Assembly: GCA_964016885.1 (NCBI GenBank)
Contig: OZ024745.1
Coordinates: 83,142,001 to 83,206,000, forward strand
Source: Eledone cirrhosa
Taxonomy: Eukaryota
DNA: 64,000 nucleotides
Direction: 5' to 3'
Positions 11,301 to 23,430 of this stretch are shown piece after piece (within the stretch, counting starts at the first letter, position 1; each line of letters opens with the position of its first letter). Both the position numbers and the translations under genes were made by a program. The notes beneath the pieces are model-generated. The model did no database searches. It was not told the origin of the DNA and saw nothing but the letters and a program-made list of their open reading frames with translations.

Positions 11301-11880
11301 ATACTTGGGGAGGGTCATATTTGCGTAATATTGCCAGAATTAATAACAGAACACACTCACTGTTTAGTTGGTTTTCGCTTCTCGCTGTCTTTTATATCTG
11401 CGATCTAACTTACTCGGTCCTTAACGTTGCCATTGACTGACCAACGTATATATATATATATATAACGGCGATAAATTAGTTTTGCGAGGTTTCTGATATG
11501 AAATTGTGTGTACAAACAAATATTGTTATACTTGGGGAGGGTCATATTTGTGTAATATTGCCAGAATTAATAACAGAACACACTCACTGTCTGGTTGGTT
11601 TTCGCTTCTGTGTCCTTTATATCGGCAATCTAATTTATTTGGTCCTTAACGTTGCCATTCACTGACCAACGGTCAAAAATACAGATACAATATAGACACA
11701 AACGTATATATATAGTTTATCAAAGTTCTTTCGTTGCACCATGTGCAACATCGTCAGTGCTGCTATTGTTTCCTCCCGTTGCATTGTTTTTTCTACGCCA
11801 TCTTTATTTTCTAGTTAGAATTTTAGTCTAAATAAAGATGGCGTAGAAAATACAATGCAACGGGAGGAAACAATAGCACC
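11296..11880 (-). mobile_element. Partial-tandem PLE pLTR fragments with HHR (11712-11765) and inverted 5' piece (11829-11880)
   Basis: Homologous to 3427-3790; diverged subfamily. Confidence 0.85.
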
Positions 11881-12079
11881 ATTATGGGTGTCATTCCTTA
11901 ACGGAATGCGCCATATCGCCCGGAAAATAAGCTCTAGGACTTTGAAAGTACGAGCATTTTAATAACTAGGAATTGATCAACATATATATAAATAAATATA
12001 AACATGAAAAATCACAGGAGATAATTTTTACAAGCGTGTAACCACGCATGGCTAGTAGGTAAGGAATGACACCCATAAT
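11881..12079. mobile_element. MITE-like element with 20-bp terminal inverted repeats
   Basis: ATTATGGGTGTCATTCCTTA ... TAAGGAATGACACCCATAAT. Confidence 0.7.
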
Positions 12080-13370
12080 TTCGATTCTGATTGAATTCGT
12101 TTAATCTATCTTAATTTTGGATATAGATATATAATACTGCTCCTTAATTGTAGAGCTAACTCTGTTGAAGGGAATTGACTGCTATTTCTAGTTGTCGAAT
12201 ACCTATTCACGCCACTGAAACGAAGCCGCTGTGATGTGTAATATCAACACGTGGTAGCGGCCAGTTTAAGATTTTGACTCGAAGTGTAAACATGGATCGC
12301 TTGATATTGTTCTTCCTTGTTGATAATCCAATAATATCCACTTTCCGTGACTTACCATCTGATTAATTGGTGAAATATATTTCTTTAATGAAATATATAC
12401 AGGGAAGATTAATCATTAAAAGGTATATATTTTTGAAGTTCTAGTTAACTTTATTTATCTGGAGCTGCAACCTGAACACATTGTACTTCACGATCTGGGA
12501 TTGTGAACATGTGGAGATATTTTTGATGTGTATATTCAGCCTGTATTGCATGTTACTATATGTGATGTTATGTTTTGGTAATCGTATATATCTGACTGGG
12601 TTGCACTTTACGGATGATCTACATATGTTGTAAACTCTGGACCGAATTACTATCTACGGATAATCCACTGTCTTTATAACTCCTAGACAATCGAGGCATA
12701 TAAAACCGATTGGACTAACCTATACGGTAGATACACATATGTCGTGACTCCTCGCCAGATGTGTGTTTTGTTATGTATTTTTGCTTTAGCCTGATCATGC
12801 ATTAACCCTGCTTTGCTTGTGTTTGGCTTGTATTTATGTGGTACCTCTCTATATACAGGTTTAGCACCCATAGTCCATATAATTCCGTAACCAACTAGTA
12901 TACCTTGATTATGTATACTATGCGGAGGAATAAAATCCCATTTGGGCTTTCTGAAGATAACTTGGGAGCCTTTTAGTATTTCTATAACTCTAAGTTATGG
13001 AGAGCAAAATCACCTGTTATATATAGTGACCAACGCAGAGCTTCCTCTCTTTTTTGTGTGCTTTAAAACTTTTTTAATTTTTTAATTTTTTTATCTCTTT
13101 ATATTATTATTTTCCTTTTACTTTTTATTATATGTTTTAACTATTGTTTATACGTTTTGCTTTTATGTGCCCTCACGTGCTTCTGCATCTTGTGAAAATA
13201 TCTGCCTGTACCATTGCATTTAGCTGTAGTGCTGAATAACAACCCCACTATACACTCTCTCCGTACTCGCCATTCACGATCTCCTTCTTGTTGCCCTCTA
13301 TTGTATTTCTAATGTTCATGTGACTAAGCTCGGTAGGGCTTATATTCAGCACTATATTTTTTATTATAAA

Positions 13371-13415
13371 TCTCTGATGATTCCTGCCCAATGGTATGGA
13401 TGAAACATTGTCAGC
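13371..13415 (+). ncRNA. Minimal hammerhead ribozyme motif
   Basis: CU-CUGAUGA-UUCCUGCC(CAAU)GGUAUGGAU-GAAA-CAUUG-UC-AG; stem I only 2 bp; AATAAA follows. Confidence 0.6.
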
Positions 13416-13802
13416 AAATAAAAATTGTATGAGCATGTAAGCGTTCTTTGATTTCTTTTACTTATATATATATATGAAGTTATATTATGAATCCATTTCT
13501 GCACCAATTGAAATTTAAATACTACAAAGTTTTCGTCATCTTACCTGAATTACAAATGCTAATGAAATTTCATAGCAAATGCTTTGTTCAATACAGAAAT
13601 GTATTTTAATGTAATTATTTATCATACATAAAATATATATTGTATATGTTATACAATATATATTTTATGTGTGTCTATAAATATCTTTAAAATAATAGCT
13701 CCTGTGAATAAGGAGACAATCCAGTTTATATGTATAAAATTATATTTGGGAAAGTTAATCAAGTAAGAAAAAAAAAGATACCTATTTACTTTGTGGTCCC
13801 TA

Positions 13803-13889
<87 letters not shown>

Positions 13890-13981
13890 TATATATATAC
13901 ATATATAAATATATACACATACATATATATATATAAATATATACACATACATATATATATATATATACACATACATAGTAC

Positions 13982-14034
<53 letters not shown>

Positions 14035-14364
14035 TATGTATATATCTGGATATATATATATATATGTATATATATGTATATATATATGTATATATATATG
14101 TATATATATATATATATGTATCTTTTGATTAATAAAAGGCCTCGGGCGCACCCGAACTAAACCGATGTCCTGTAATTCAGCGCCGAAACATCGGTTCGGG
14201 ATACATTTACAGATGACGATGGAAACTCCTTTCTTCCTTTCACCTCCTGTTCCATCCTAACCACCATCCTAAACCTTGTTTGTAGTAACCATACAGCTCC
14301 TTTCGTTTCATAACTTTATGTATATATACAGATATATGGATATGTATATGTATATATATATATG

Positions 14365-14395
<31 letters not shown>

Positions 14396-14422
14396 CTTTA
14401 TATATGTGTATTGTATATATAT

Positions 14423-14493
<71 letters not shown>

Positions 14494-14497
<4 letters not shown>

Positions 14498-14846
14498 TAC
14501 TTGGGGAGGGTCATATTTGCGTAATATTGCCAGAATTAATAACAGAACACACTCACTGTTTGGTTGGTTTTCGCTTCTCGCTGTCTTTTATAATATCTGC
14601 GATCTAACTTACTCGGTCCTCAATGTTGCCATTGACTGACCGGCGGTCAAAAATAATACAGATACAATATAGACACAAACACATATATATATATATAGTT
14701 TACATAAATCTTTCGTTGCACATCTGCAACATCGTCAGTGGTGTTATATTCATTGTTCCTCCTGTTGTGTTGTATGCCTACGCCATTTTTTATTCAGTCT
14801 GTCTATATATTTATTTATTTATTTGCTTGTTTGTTTATTTATATAT

Positions 14847-14881
<35 letters not shown>

Positions 14882-14947
14882 TAACAATATCTGTTTCGAC
14901 ACACGATTTCATATGAAAAACCTCGCAAAACTAATTCATCGCCGCTA
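14494..14947 (-). mobile_element. Solo PLE pLTR with HHR (14693-14748) plus inverted ORF-start fragment (14881-14947)
   Basis: Near-identical to 3488-3840; the last 67 bp match 3426-3492 on the opposite strand; (TA)n on both sides. Confidence 0.88.
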
Positions 14948-15021
14948 TATATATATACATATATATACATATTTATATATGTATGTGTATATATATACAT
15001 ATATATATACATAATATATAC

Positions 15022-15080
<59 letters not shown>

Positions 15081-15086
<6 letters not shown>

Positions 15087-15503
15087 TAAATGGAATTCCA
15101 ACTTTGTCTGATTTACTCGTTTTATTTACAATCCTTTAAAATTTACAATGGTATTAGAATGAAATAGTATGGTAGAATATTAAATTTTAAGTGTTAATTG
15201 AACAAGTACGTTCATGCTTTCGCAATCTTCAGGTTCATAATGTGTGGTGACAGTCAAGTTTGCAATTTTCAAGTTGAAAATTGCAAACTTGACTGTCACC
15301 ACACATTATGAACCTGAAAATAGCGGAAGCATGAACGTACTTGTTCAATTAACACTTAACATTTAATATTCTACCATTTAATATTCTACTATTAACATTT
15401 AATATTCTACCATACTATTTCATTCTAATACCATTATAAATTTGAAAGGATTGTAAATAAAACGAGTAAATCAGACAAAGTTGGAATTCCTTTTATTAAT
15501 ATA
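15081..15503. repeat. Palindromic element (centre 15273) with a decayed HHR in each arm
   Basis: ~190-bp arms and 1-nt spacer; GAAC-CUGAAGA-UUGC(GAAA)GCAU-GAA-CGUAC-UU-GUUC. Confidence 0.85.
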
Positions 15504-15533
15504 ATCTTCTATACACAATCATACACACCCGTG

Positions 15534-15575
<42 letters not shown>

Positions 15576-15617
15576 ATTAAAAAGAACAGAACGATGCAGT
15601 AAAAGAGATTTATTCGG

Positions 15618-15732
15618 TTCTTACGTACGTTTCAATAGACATCTATTTGCCTAGATCTCGCTACATCTATAATATTATATATTTAGTAGAGCATTCGATA
15701 TCCAATGCACAATCGATCCCATATCATCAGAG

Positions 15733-15733
<1 letters not shown>
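15618..15733 (-). ncRNA. Hammerhead motif with long (~95 nt) stem II insert
   Basis: UCU-CUGAUGA ... GAAA-CGUACG-UA-AGA; palindromic stem III. Confidence 0.6.
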
Positions 15734-15825
<92 letters not shown>

Positions 15826-16057
15826 GTATATATATATAAGTAAAAATTGGCGAGAATCGAATTTCAGCCTATGAAATAACGAAAAAACAGTTTCGAATTG
15901 TGGGGCAAGCGCTCAATAATTCAAAAGAATTAGAGCTTACAACTTACCGTAAAGGCCAAACACACTGAGATGGTGGTTAAACTAATTATCCACACAGCGA
16001 AGATTCGATCTCCTATTTCGGGTCAAACAGATATACAGATATAAAAATATATGAAAG

Positions 16058-16088
<31 letters not shown>

Positions 16089-16156
16089 ATATATATGTAT
16101 ATATGTGTATATATGTATATATATACGCATACATATATATATATATATATATGTAT

Positions 16157-16368
16157 ATCACCGACATCCGGAGTTGACATTGCACTCAGTGCTCCTTTGG
16201 GAGCCCCTACATGGACACACTAGAAGAGGAAGACCAAGGTTAACATATGTTGATGCCCTAAGGACAGACACTGGTCTGTTGGAGATGCAGGATATGGCAG
16301 CGATAATGAGGGACAGAGACCGCTGGAGAGAACTCGTCCATGGATCTCGGGAATTTTACCCGCCTTAG
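16157..16368 (+). pseudogene. RTE-clade LINE 3' fragment
   Basis: HRHPEL...[23 protein letters not shown]...MRDRDRWRELV. Confidence 0.8.
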
Positions 16369-16420
16369 ATGTAGAGAGATATATGTATGTATATATATCT
16401 GTATATATATATGTATAACA

Positions 16421-16680
16421 TGTATCCCAGTACAACCTGTCTCGTGGTCGGGTCGTTGGCGACTAAACTGGCAACCCCAACAAGGTTTCTTGGTGAGGAG
16501 GGTGACTTTGGACATCCTGCAGGACTAAAAACAAAACCTGTCAAAGGGCAAAGGAGCTCTTAAGAGTCAATGGCCATCCAAAATCACTGGGAGAGATGAC
16601 CCCTTAGCCTTTGTCAGGGCAGAATTCTAGGAGAAGGAAAACTCTGATATAACACCTGCAACCCTGATGGTATCCAATGA
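16421..16680 (+). mobile_element. RTE-like 5' UTR fragment
   Basis: Contains ctaggagaaggaaaactctga, typical of RTE 5' regions, and a partial HDV-like fold. Confidence 0.5.
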
Positions 16681-16699
16681 TGTTGACTTGTTCTTCTTT

Positions 16700-16997
16700 T
16701 TGGTAAATATCATATTGGTTAAGAGAGTGGGACTGGCTTTGTGCAGTGCCTTTGCTCACTATAAAAGCTTCACGGCACAGGCATTGCTTTGTATCTGGAG
16801 ATCTCTCTGCACTTGTCGTCACATGGTACCAAAGGTAAAGCACTATGTGTCAATAATTGTCACAAGTGTAGTGTTTGTACCAGAGTTTTCAAGTCGCTGG
16901 CTGGACTAAAAAGTCACACTCGTTCAGCGCATCGGTAGGGGTTCTCCTACATGGATATAAAGTAGTGGTCGTACACGAAAACGAGTTGGCAGCCACC
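16700..16997 (+). pseudogene. RTE LINE 3' end with C2H2 finger
   Basis: [23 protein letters not shown] at 16867-16938, then short 3' UTR ending at (TA)n. Confidence 0.65.
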
Positions 16998-17218
16998 ATA
17001 TATATATGTATATATGTGTGTATATATATATACGCATACACATATATATATGTATATATATAATTGTATATATATATATGTATATATGTATATATATGTA
17101 TATATATATATGTATATATCTATGCATGTCTATATATATTTGTATATATGTATATGTATATATATATATGTATATGTATATATATATGTATATATATATG
17201 TATATGAATATATATATA

Positions 17219-18025
17219 GTGTATGTATACGTACATACATATATGTATACAGACGTACAGTAGTATGTATATATATATACATACATGCACACATATATAT
17301 ATGTACGTATGGATTCACGGAACATTTAGTATAATGCTCGGTGTGTCTGTAAACAAACATCCCGAATTAAGTCGTACAGTGTCTAGCAACCATCGTCGCA
17401 CATTTGTTCAACACTGACAACGGAACGCTTTACTAGTTTCAAGCTTATTAGCTATTGCCAGCAACGTATACCTTCCTGCCAGATTGTTGCACGTCAAAAG
17501 TATATACTTTCCTCATGCATATTAACGGCTGAGAAGCCTAATTTGCATATCGAGTGAGTTAATCGGCCGGGATACCGAACAGAGTGAGAAATGAAATTTC
17601 GTTTCATTTTTCCCGTTTATAGTTTTCCCCGGCCGATTAACTCACTCGATAAGCAAATTAGGCTGCTCAGCCGTTAATATGCATAAGGAGAGTATATACT
17701 TTCAGACGTTCAACCATCTGGCAGGAAGGTATACGTTGCTGACGATAGCTAATAAGCTTGAAACTAGTAGAGCGTTCCTTTGTCAGTGATGGTTGCTAGG
17801 CACTCTACGGCTTAATTCGGGATGTTTGTTTACAGACACACCGAGCATTATAATAAATGTTCGGTGAATCCATACGTACATATATATATATGTGTATGTA
17901 TGTATATATATATACATACTACTGTACGTCTGTATACATATATGTATGTACGTATACATACTTATATTTAAGTAACAGGCGTACTAAGAGTGAGAAATGA
18001 AATTTCGTTTCATTTTTCCGTTTAT
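17219..18025. mobile_element. RZ-A element as inverted pair (17219-17580 HHR on -, 17581-18025 HHR on +, 406-bp unit)
   Basis: Homologous to 6997-7430; HHRs at 17425-17466 (mutated CUGGCAA) and 17733-17775 (core intact). Confidence 0.85.
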
Positions 18026-18160
18026 ATAAATATTATATTTATATATATATAGAAGTATATATATATGTTTATGTGTGTATGTATGTATATATATGTATAT
18101 ATGCATGTATATATATATATGTATATATGCATGGATATATATATAAATACATATATATAC

Positions 18161-18193
<33 letters not shown>

Positions 18194-18313
18194 CATATAT
18201 ATATGTATGTATATATATATGTATATATATATATATATATGTATACAGTAGGGACATCAACGTAAATAGGTATTTTTTTTCTTATCTTGTTTACCTTTCC
18301 CAAATATAAATTT

Positions 18314-18353
<40 letters not shown>

Positions 18354-18415
18354 GTATACATATATTCATATATATACATACACACACGCGCACACGCACG
18401 CACACACACACACAC

Positions 18416-18476
<61 letters not shown>

Positions 18477-18528
18477 CTTAAATATATATTTATTATCATA
18501 TATTATCATATATCATATATTATAATGA

Positions 18529-18718
18529 GGGCGGTGAATTCGCAGTATCGGTAGAGGGTCGGACGCCATGCTTTCCAGCATAGGTACGTCCCTTTACGGT
18601 CTGAGTTAAAATACCGTCGAGGTTAACTTTGCCTTTCATCCTTACGGGGTCGATAAAATAAAGTACCAGTAATGTACTGGGTAATTGCTGGCCCTGTGCC
18701 AAAAAGTAGAAACAATTA
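18529..18718 (+). mobile_element. tRNA-derived SINE
   Basis: A/B-box-like head, gcctttcatccttacggggtcgataaaataaagtacc core, many copies in window. Confidence 0.88.
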
Positions 18719-19008
18719 CCATATATTATAATTTATATGCATATCGTATCGTTTCCATAGCATTAACGCTATCCCAGAATGTAAAACCATGTTAATGTCA
18801 GGTTTAATCAATTTGTACATGAATGTATGTTAGCCAACGAACATGAATTATTCATCTACTCTCCGCTTCTCACGATTTCTTGATTTCAATACATCTTAAT
18901 TTGGGCAAATATTTTATATACGGGTGTACATGAGTAATACCGTTAACACAAATAATTATGGAACAAAGTACACGTACCTATATATGTACACACTGTTGCC
19001 CATATACA

Positions 19009-20281
19009 CAGGGTGGGGCATAAAAACCGTTACAAAATAAAATGCAAATAGTTCTTGAAAAAAACATTTATTTCCAAATCTGACTTCAAAAAATAGTAAG
19101 TAATATACTATTAAACAACTGCACAAACAATTATTCGAAATGCTTTCCTCTAGCTCTCACTACCGCTCGAAGTCTTCTAGGAAAGTCTTCGATGGCTGCA
19201 CGAACAGTTTCCATGGGTATTTTCTCCCATACTTTATTCAGTTTTGATTTCAGAGTTTCAATACTTTGGCTAGGAGTAGAGCAGGCTTCACTCTAAAGAA
19301 TCGACCATAAAGAAAAATCGAGAGGGTTGAGATCTGGTGATGTGGGAGGCAACTCTTCCTTACTGATCCATGCAGGACAATGGTCTCTAAACCACTGTTG
19401 TGTTACGCGAGCAGTGTGGCTCGTCACTCCATCTAGTTGGAGAGTCCAAATGTCATCGCCATAAACAGATGTGGACCATGGCATCAGTGCTCCTTCCAAA
19501 ATATCCTTTATGTAAAGTTCTTTGTTAATTTTAACTCCTTGAGAACTCTTTCAGAAATGGCTTCCCAAACCATCACTGATGCTGGTTACTGTGTTCTGAA
19601 CGCTTTTCCTACACTTGAAGGAATTGATTGGAGACTTTTTGTAAGTACTCGATCATTTTGATGATTGTGAGACTGCTGCACAGTGAATAACTTTTCATCT
19701 GTAAAGATGATGTTTTGCAACGTGCCATCCTTGATACGGTTCAATAACATTTTACTTCTGGAGAGCCTCTTTTCAATTGTGGCTGCAGAAAGAAGCTGCC
19801 TCTTTTGGAACTTATATGGTGACATCCCCAGATCATCTCGACATATCCTCCACATAGTTCTCGGCGATGTTTCTGCTTCTGCTATTTATCTCATGGACCT
19901 TCCTGGATTACGCCTTATTTTTTCCCTCACACTTTTAACGAGTTTTGGTGTTCTTGAGGTGAGAGGGCGTCCGGATCGAGGTCTGTCTTTGGTCGAGGAA
20001 GTTTCCTTAAATCGCTCGATTGTCCTGTTGATCAACATTCTATTGATCTTAAGAGTTTTCCCCAGTTTAAATATCTCGGGTGGAGCCAGGCCCTTTTCAT
20101 GCTTCTCTATTATGAACTTTCTTTTCAATTCTATGGACATTGCAAATTGTTAAAGGCGTAATGTTCTGAAAAATAGTTAATATGGTTATAGTGCATGGAT
20201 TTGATACAAATATATTAGTTATGTTAGCAACATAATGTATTTTTAAATTGATTTAAAACTTTGTAACAGGAATTATACCCC

Positions 20282-20287
<6 letters not shown>
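19009..20287 (-). mobile_element. Tc1/mariner DD37D (maT-type) transposon, disrupted transposase
   Basis: TIRs cagggtggggcataa...gttacaaa / tttgtaac...ttataccccaccct; IIFTDEKLF, LQLDG, SPDLNPLD with 37 aa between 2nd and 3rd D; in-frame stops. Confidence 0.9.
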
Positions 20288-20367
<80 letters not shown>

Positions 20368-20775
20368 TATATATATATATGTATGCATGTATGTATGTGT
20401 GTATATATGTGTATATGCCCATATGTATCAATGTCTGTATGTATACATGTATGCTGCTGATGTTTTCATCGTAGCTGTTGTTGGTGGTGTTGTTGCTGCC
20501 GTTATTTATTTTACTTGTTACGTTCTTGTTGTTACTTATATTGTTCACGTCACGTTGTGGTTGTTGTTAGTGGTGATATTGCTAACATCGTTGTTGGTGT
20601 TGTTGTTGTTTTCTGTTATGGTGGTGCTGATTGTAGTGTGGGGTGCCTTTCCTCTTAAACTTTGAGCCGCTGTTATGTGACAGCTGTCTCAACGTGGGGT
20701 GGAGGCGTATACCGTCCATATTTCTTTTGTTGTATGGACTCGGAATCGAACTCACAACCTCATTGTTGTATGGAC

Positions 20776-21479
20776 TGTTAAATTTTTATTCAATTTACAC
20801 GTGCTCACACATTTGCATATGAATCACGTGACCTGGGCAGTCAGTCAGCGTTGGTATTAAAAACTCGGCCACAGACTGCTACTGACTTACTTTATTTTAT
20901 TCTGCTACTGCGAGGAGGGGCGTTTTGGTTGTTTCGCAAATTACACAAATTATTTGATATAACTCGTTGTGTTTTCTCTGCGAGTACCGAGAGGAATACA
21001 ACAGAGTTTATTGGCGTCGCCGATAGGATTTACCTACATTGCCGATAGGATTTACCTACATTGTCGATAGGATTTACCTACATTGCCGGGAAATTGTTTA
21101 TCATAAAAACATGGCGGAACAACAAACAGCGGAGCTAATAAAGTTGTTTAGAGAACAGATGGAACAACAGAGTTTATTGGCGTCGCAACAAATGCAACAA
21201 CACAAGAAAGATATGGACATTCTGATAAAACTGTTTGGTGCTCGAGATTCTGAACAACACAGTTTATTGGCGTCACCAGTTGCTTCGACACCAACAGCAT
21301 TCATCCCACCATTTGCTGCTTTTGATTCAAAAACAGAACTATGGCCTGATTACTGGTCAAGATTCTGCACGTTTGTGGCTGCTAACGCTGTACCCGATCA
21401 ACGCATGGCACAAGTGTTCCTGACTAATCAGACGGCTGCTATCGACAAACAACAGAGAACAAATTTTTTCACAAAGTAA
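20776..21479 (+). mobile_element. Ty3/gypsy remnant: 5' LTR (20776-21003), PBS-like TGGCGTC, gag N-terminus
   Basis: TGTT...AACA LTR ends; FIPPFAAFDSKTELWPDYWSRF gag-like peptide; three 22-bp tandem copies at 21020-21087. Confidence 0.65.
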
Positions 21480-21688
21480 AGTTCAAATATTTGAGCAACA
21501 GAATTACAGTAAAATACAAAATAAACAATATAATTTCACAAACCTACCGGAACTCCGAAATGCACGTCCTTTCAGACCAAACATCAAAGATAATCTTAAC
21601 TATAATAAAGGAAGGTCTGCGGGATTGCGTCCAGAATATATATTTTTTTACCCCGTTTATAAAATAAGTTGGATTACTTTGAATAAAT

Positions 21689-21874
21689 AATTGTTTCTAC
21701 TTTTGGCACAAGGCCAGCAAATATCCAGTGTATTACTGGTACTTTATTTTATCGACCCCGTAAGGATGAAAGGAAAAGTTAACATCGGCGGGATTTGAAC
21801 TTAGAATGGCAAGGGCCGTAACTCTATGCGTCAAAGCATGGCGTGCGAAACTCTACCGATACTGCCAATCCACC
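21689..21874 (-). mobile_element. tRNA-derived SINE
   Basis: Full-length copy with GTTCAAATCCC B box. Confidence 0.88.
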
Positions 21875-22275
21875 ATAATGAATGAATATTACATAATTTA
21901 TGTGCAAAATTTCGTGGCTGTTGATTAAATACATTTTATAGCTTAATCTTTAAATTTCACTTCTTTAAAATGATCAAATGTCGACACTTCCGGTTAGCGG
22001 CCGTTATATTATAACACTTATAATCGCATATATTTCCGTCGCTAATTTTCTCCTAATGTAGTTTAATATATAATGTCGTGTTTTTTTTAAAATATATCAT
22101 GGATTACTGATTACAGAAGACAGTGTAACATAGACTTTGTTCAATTTCTGTGTATATTGTCAATTACGATTTTATTTGATGTACCATATTTACATGCATA
22201 TATATTTGTGTATAATATCAATATACACACTACACATGCTAACAGATAACCACCCGTAGGGTGGTTTTTCTGCTA

Positions 22276-22322
<47 letters not shown>

Positions 22323-22324
<2 letters not shown>

Positions 22325-23430
22325 ATGGTGGAGAGAAGGTCGTGAAATCGCTCCCGTAAGTTTTGATTTTTAACATATTTAAATCAATTGTGAAATAACA
22401 ATTCTTAGTACAAATGATACATAAAGAATCCGTCCCCCAAAAATTCGGATCCATAATATATTGTTATATCGCTCAAATATTCAATTTTGTATTATACATT
22501 TTATATTCAAAAAAGAAAATGGTTATAAATGGAAGAAAACCCCCTCTGTCTACACTATATAGAACAGCCAAATAACAACGATTTCACCAACACCAGAAAC
22601 TAGATACACCATCTACTCCATCACCCCTCTGTGTACACTAAACACAACAGCCAGATAACGGCAATATCACCACCACCACCACCAATCTCAGCATAATAAT
22701 AATAATTTCTATTATTATTGTCTCAAATTTTAACAAAATGTTTAATTCCAATATTAAGAATATATTGCAACACATATACGCGACTAACCCCATAGATTCA
22801 CCGATCAAACAAAATACAGTCTATTCAACAAAACTCAGTAACGACAACGCCATCATTACAGCCACCGCCGCCGCCGCCCATCCATCATTACTGCCACTAT
22901 CCCATCACCGCCGCCACCACTGCTTCATTGCTACCCCCGCTACCCCCCCCCCCCCCCATTGCCTTCTGTTAACTTACGAAAGGGGAAGATGGCGGTATCA
23001 CTAGACAATATTAATAAGCAAGATTAACGTTTAATTTTGGATCTGGAATGTTAGAGTCAAAAAGGAGGAAAATGACAAAATGACTAAATAACTAAAGATA
23101 ATTTCACCACCAACACCACCACCACTACCACAATGAAAACTTTTGTCAAGTCGACTCAACCGCTATTTCTACTCCAACTTCAACACCATAACTACAGTAA
23201 TACGATCACATCAACACCACCACTGCCTCATTATCGCTACCGCCGCTATTCTCTCCCGCTACCTCCTGCTAGTTGCTGCTAGCACAGCACCGCCACCAGC
23301 ACCACCACCACTGCCTCATTATCACTACCGCCGCTATTCTCGCCCCGCTATCCCCTGCTACATTGTAGAATCCCCACTAAAAGAGGAAGGCATCAAAATA
23401 TATAAATAGACTGAATTGATGACCCGGTAA
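22323..23430 (+). repeat. Leader module (non-coding, CAC-rich) upstream of Dong-A
   Basis: Starts after (TAA)n with catggtgg...aatcgctcccgtaag and ends near tataaatagact; homologs at 32.5, 35.3, 38.0, 58.4 and 63.1 kb. Confidence 0.75.

Noticed and set aside
18529-18620. tRNA-like A/B boxes
   Set aside because: SINE heads with no cloverleaf; not tRNA genes.
21020-21087. Three 22-bp direct repeats
   Set aside because: No spacers, so not CRISPR; a local tandem duplication in a gypsy leader.
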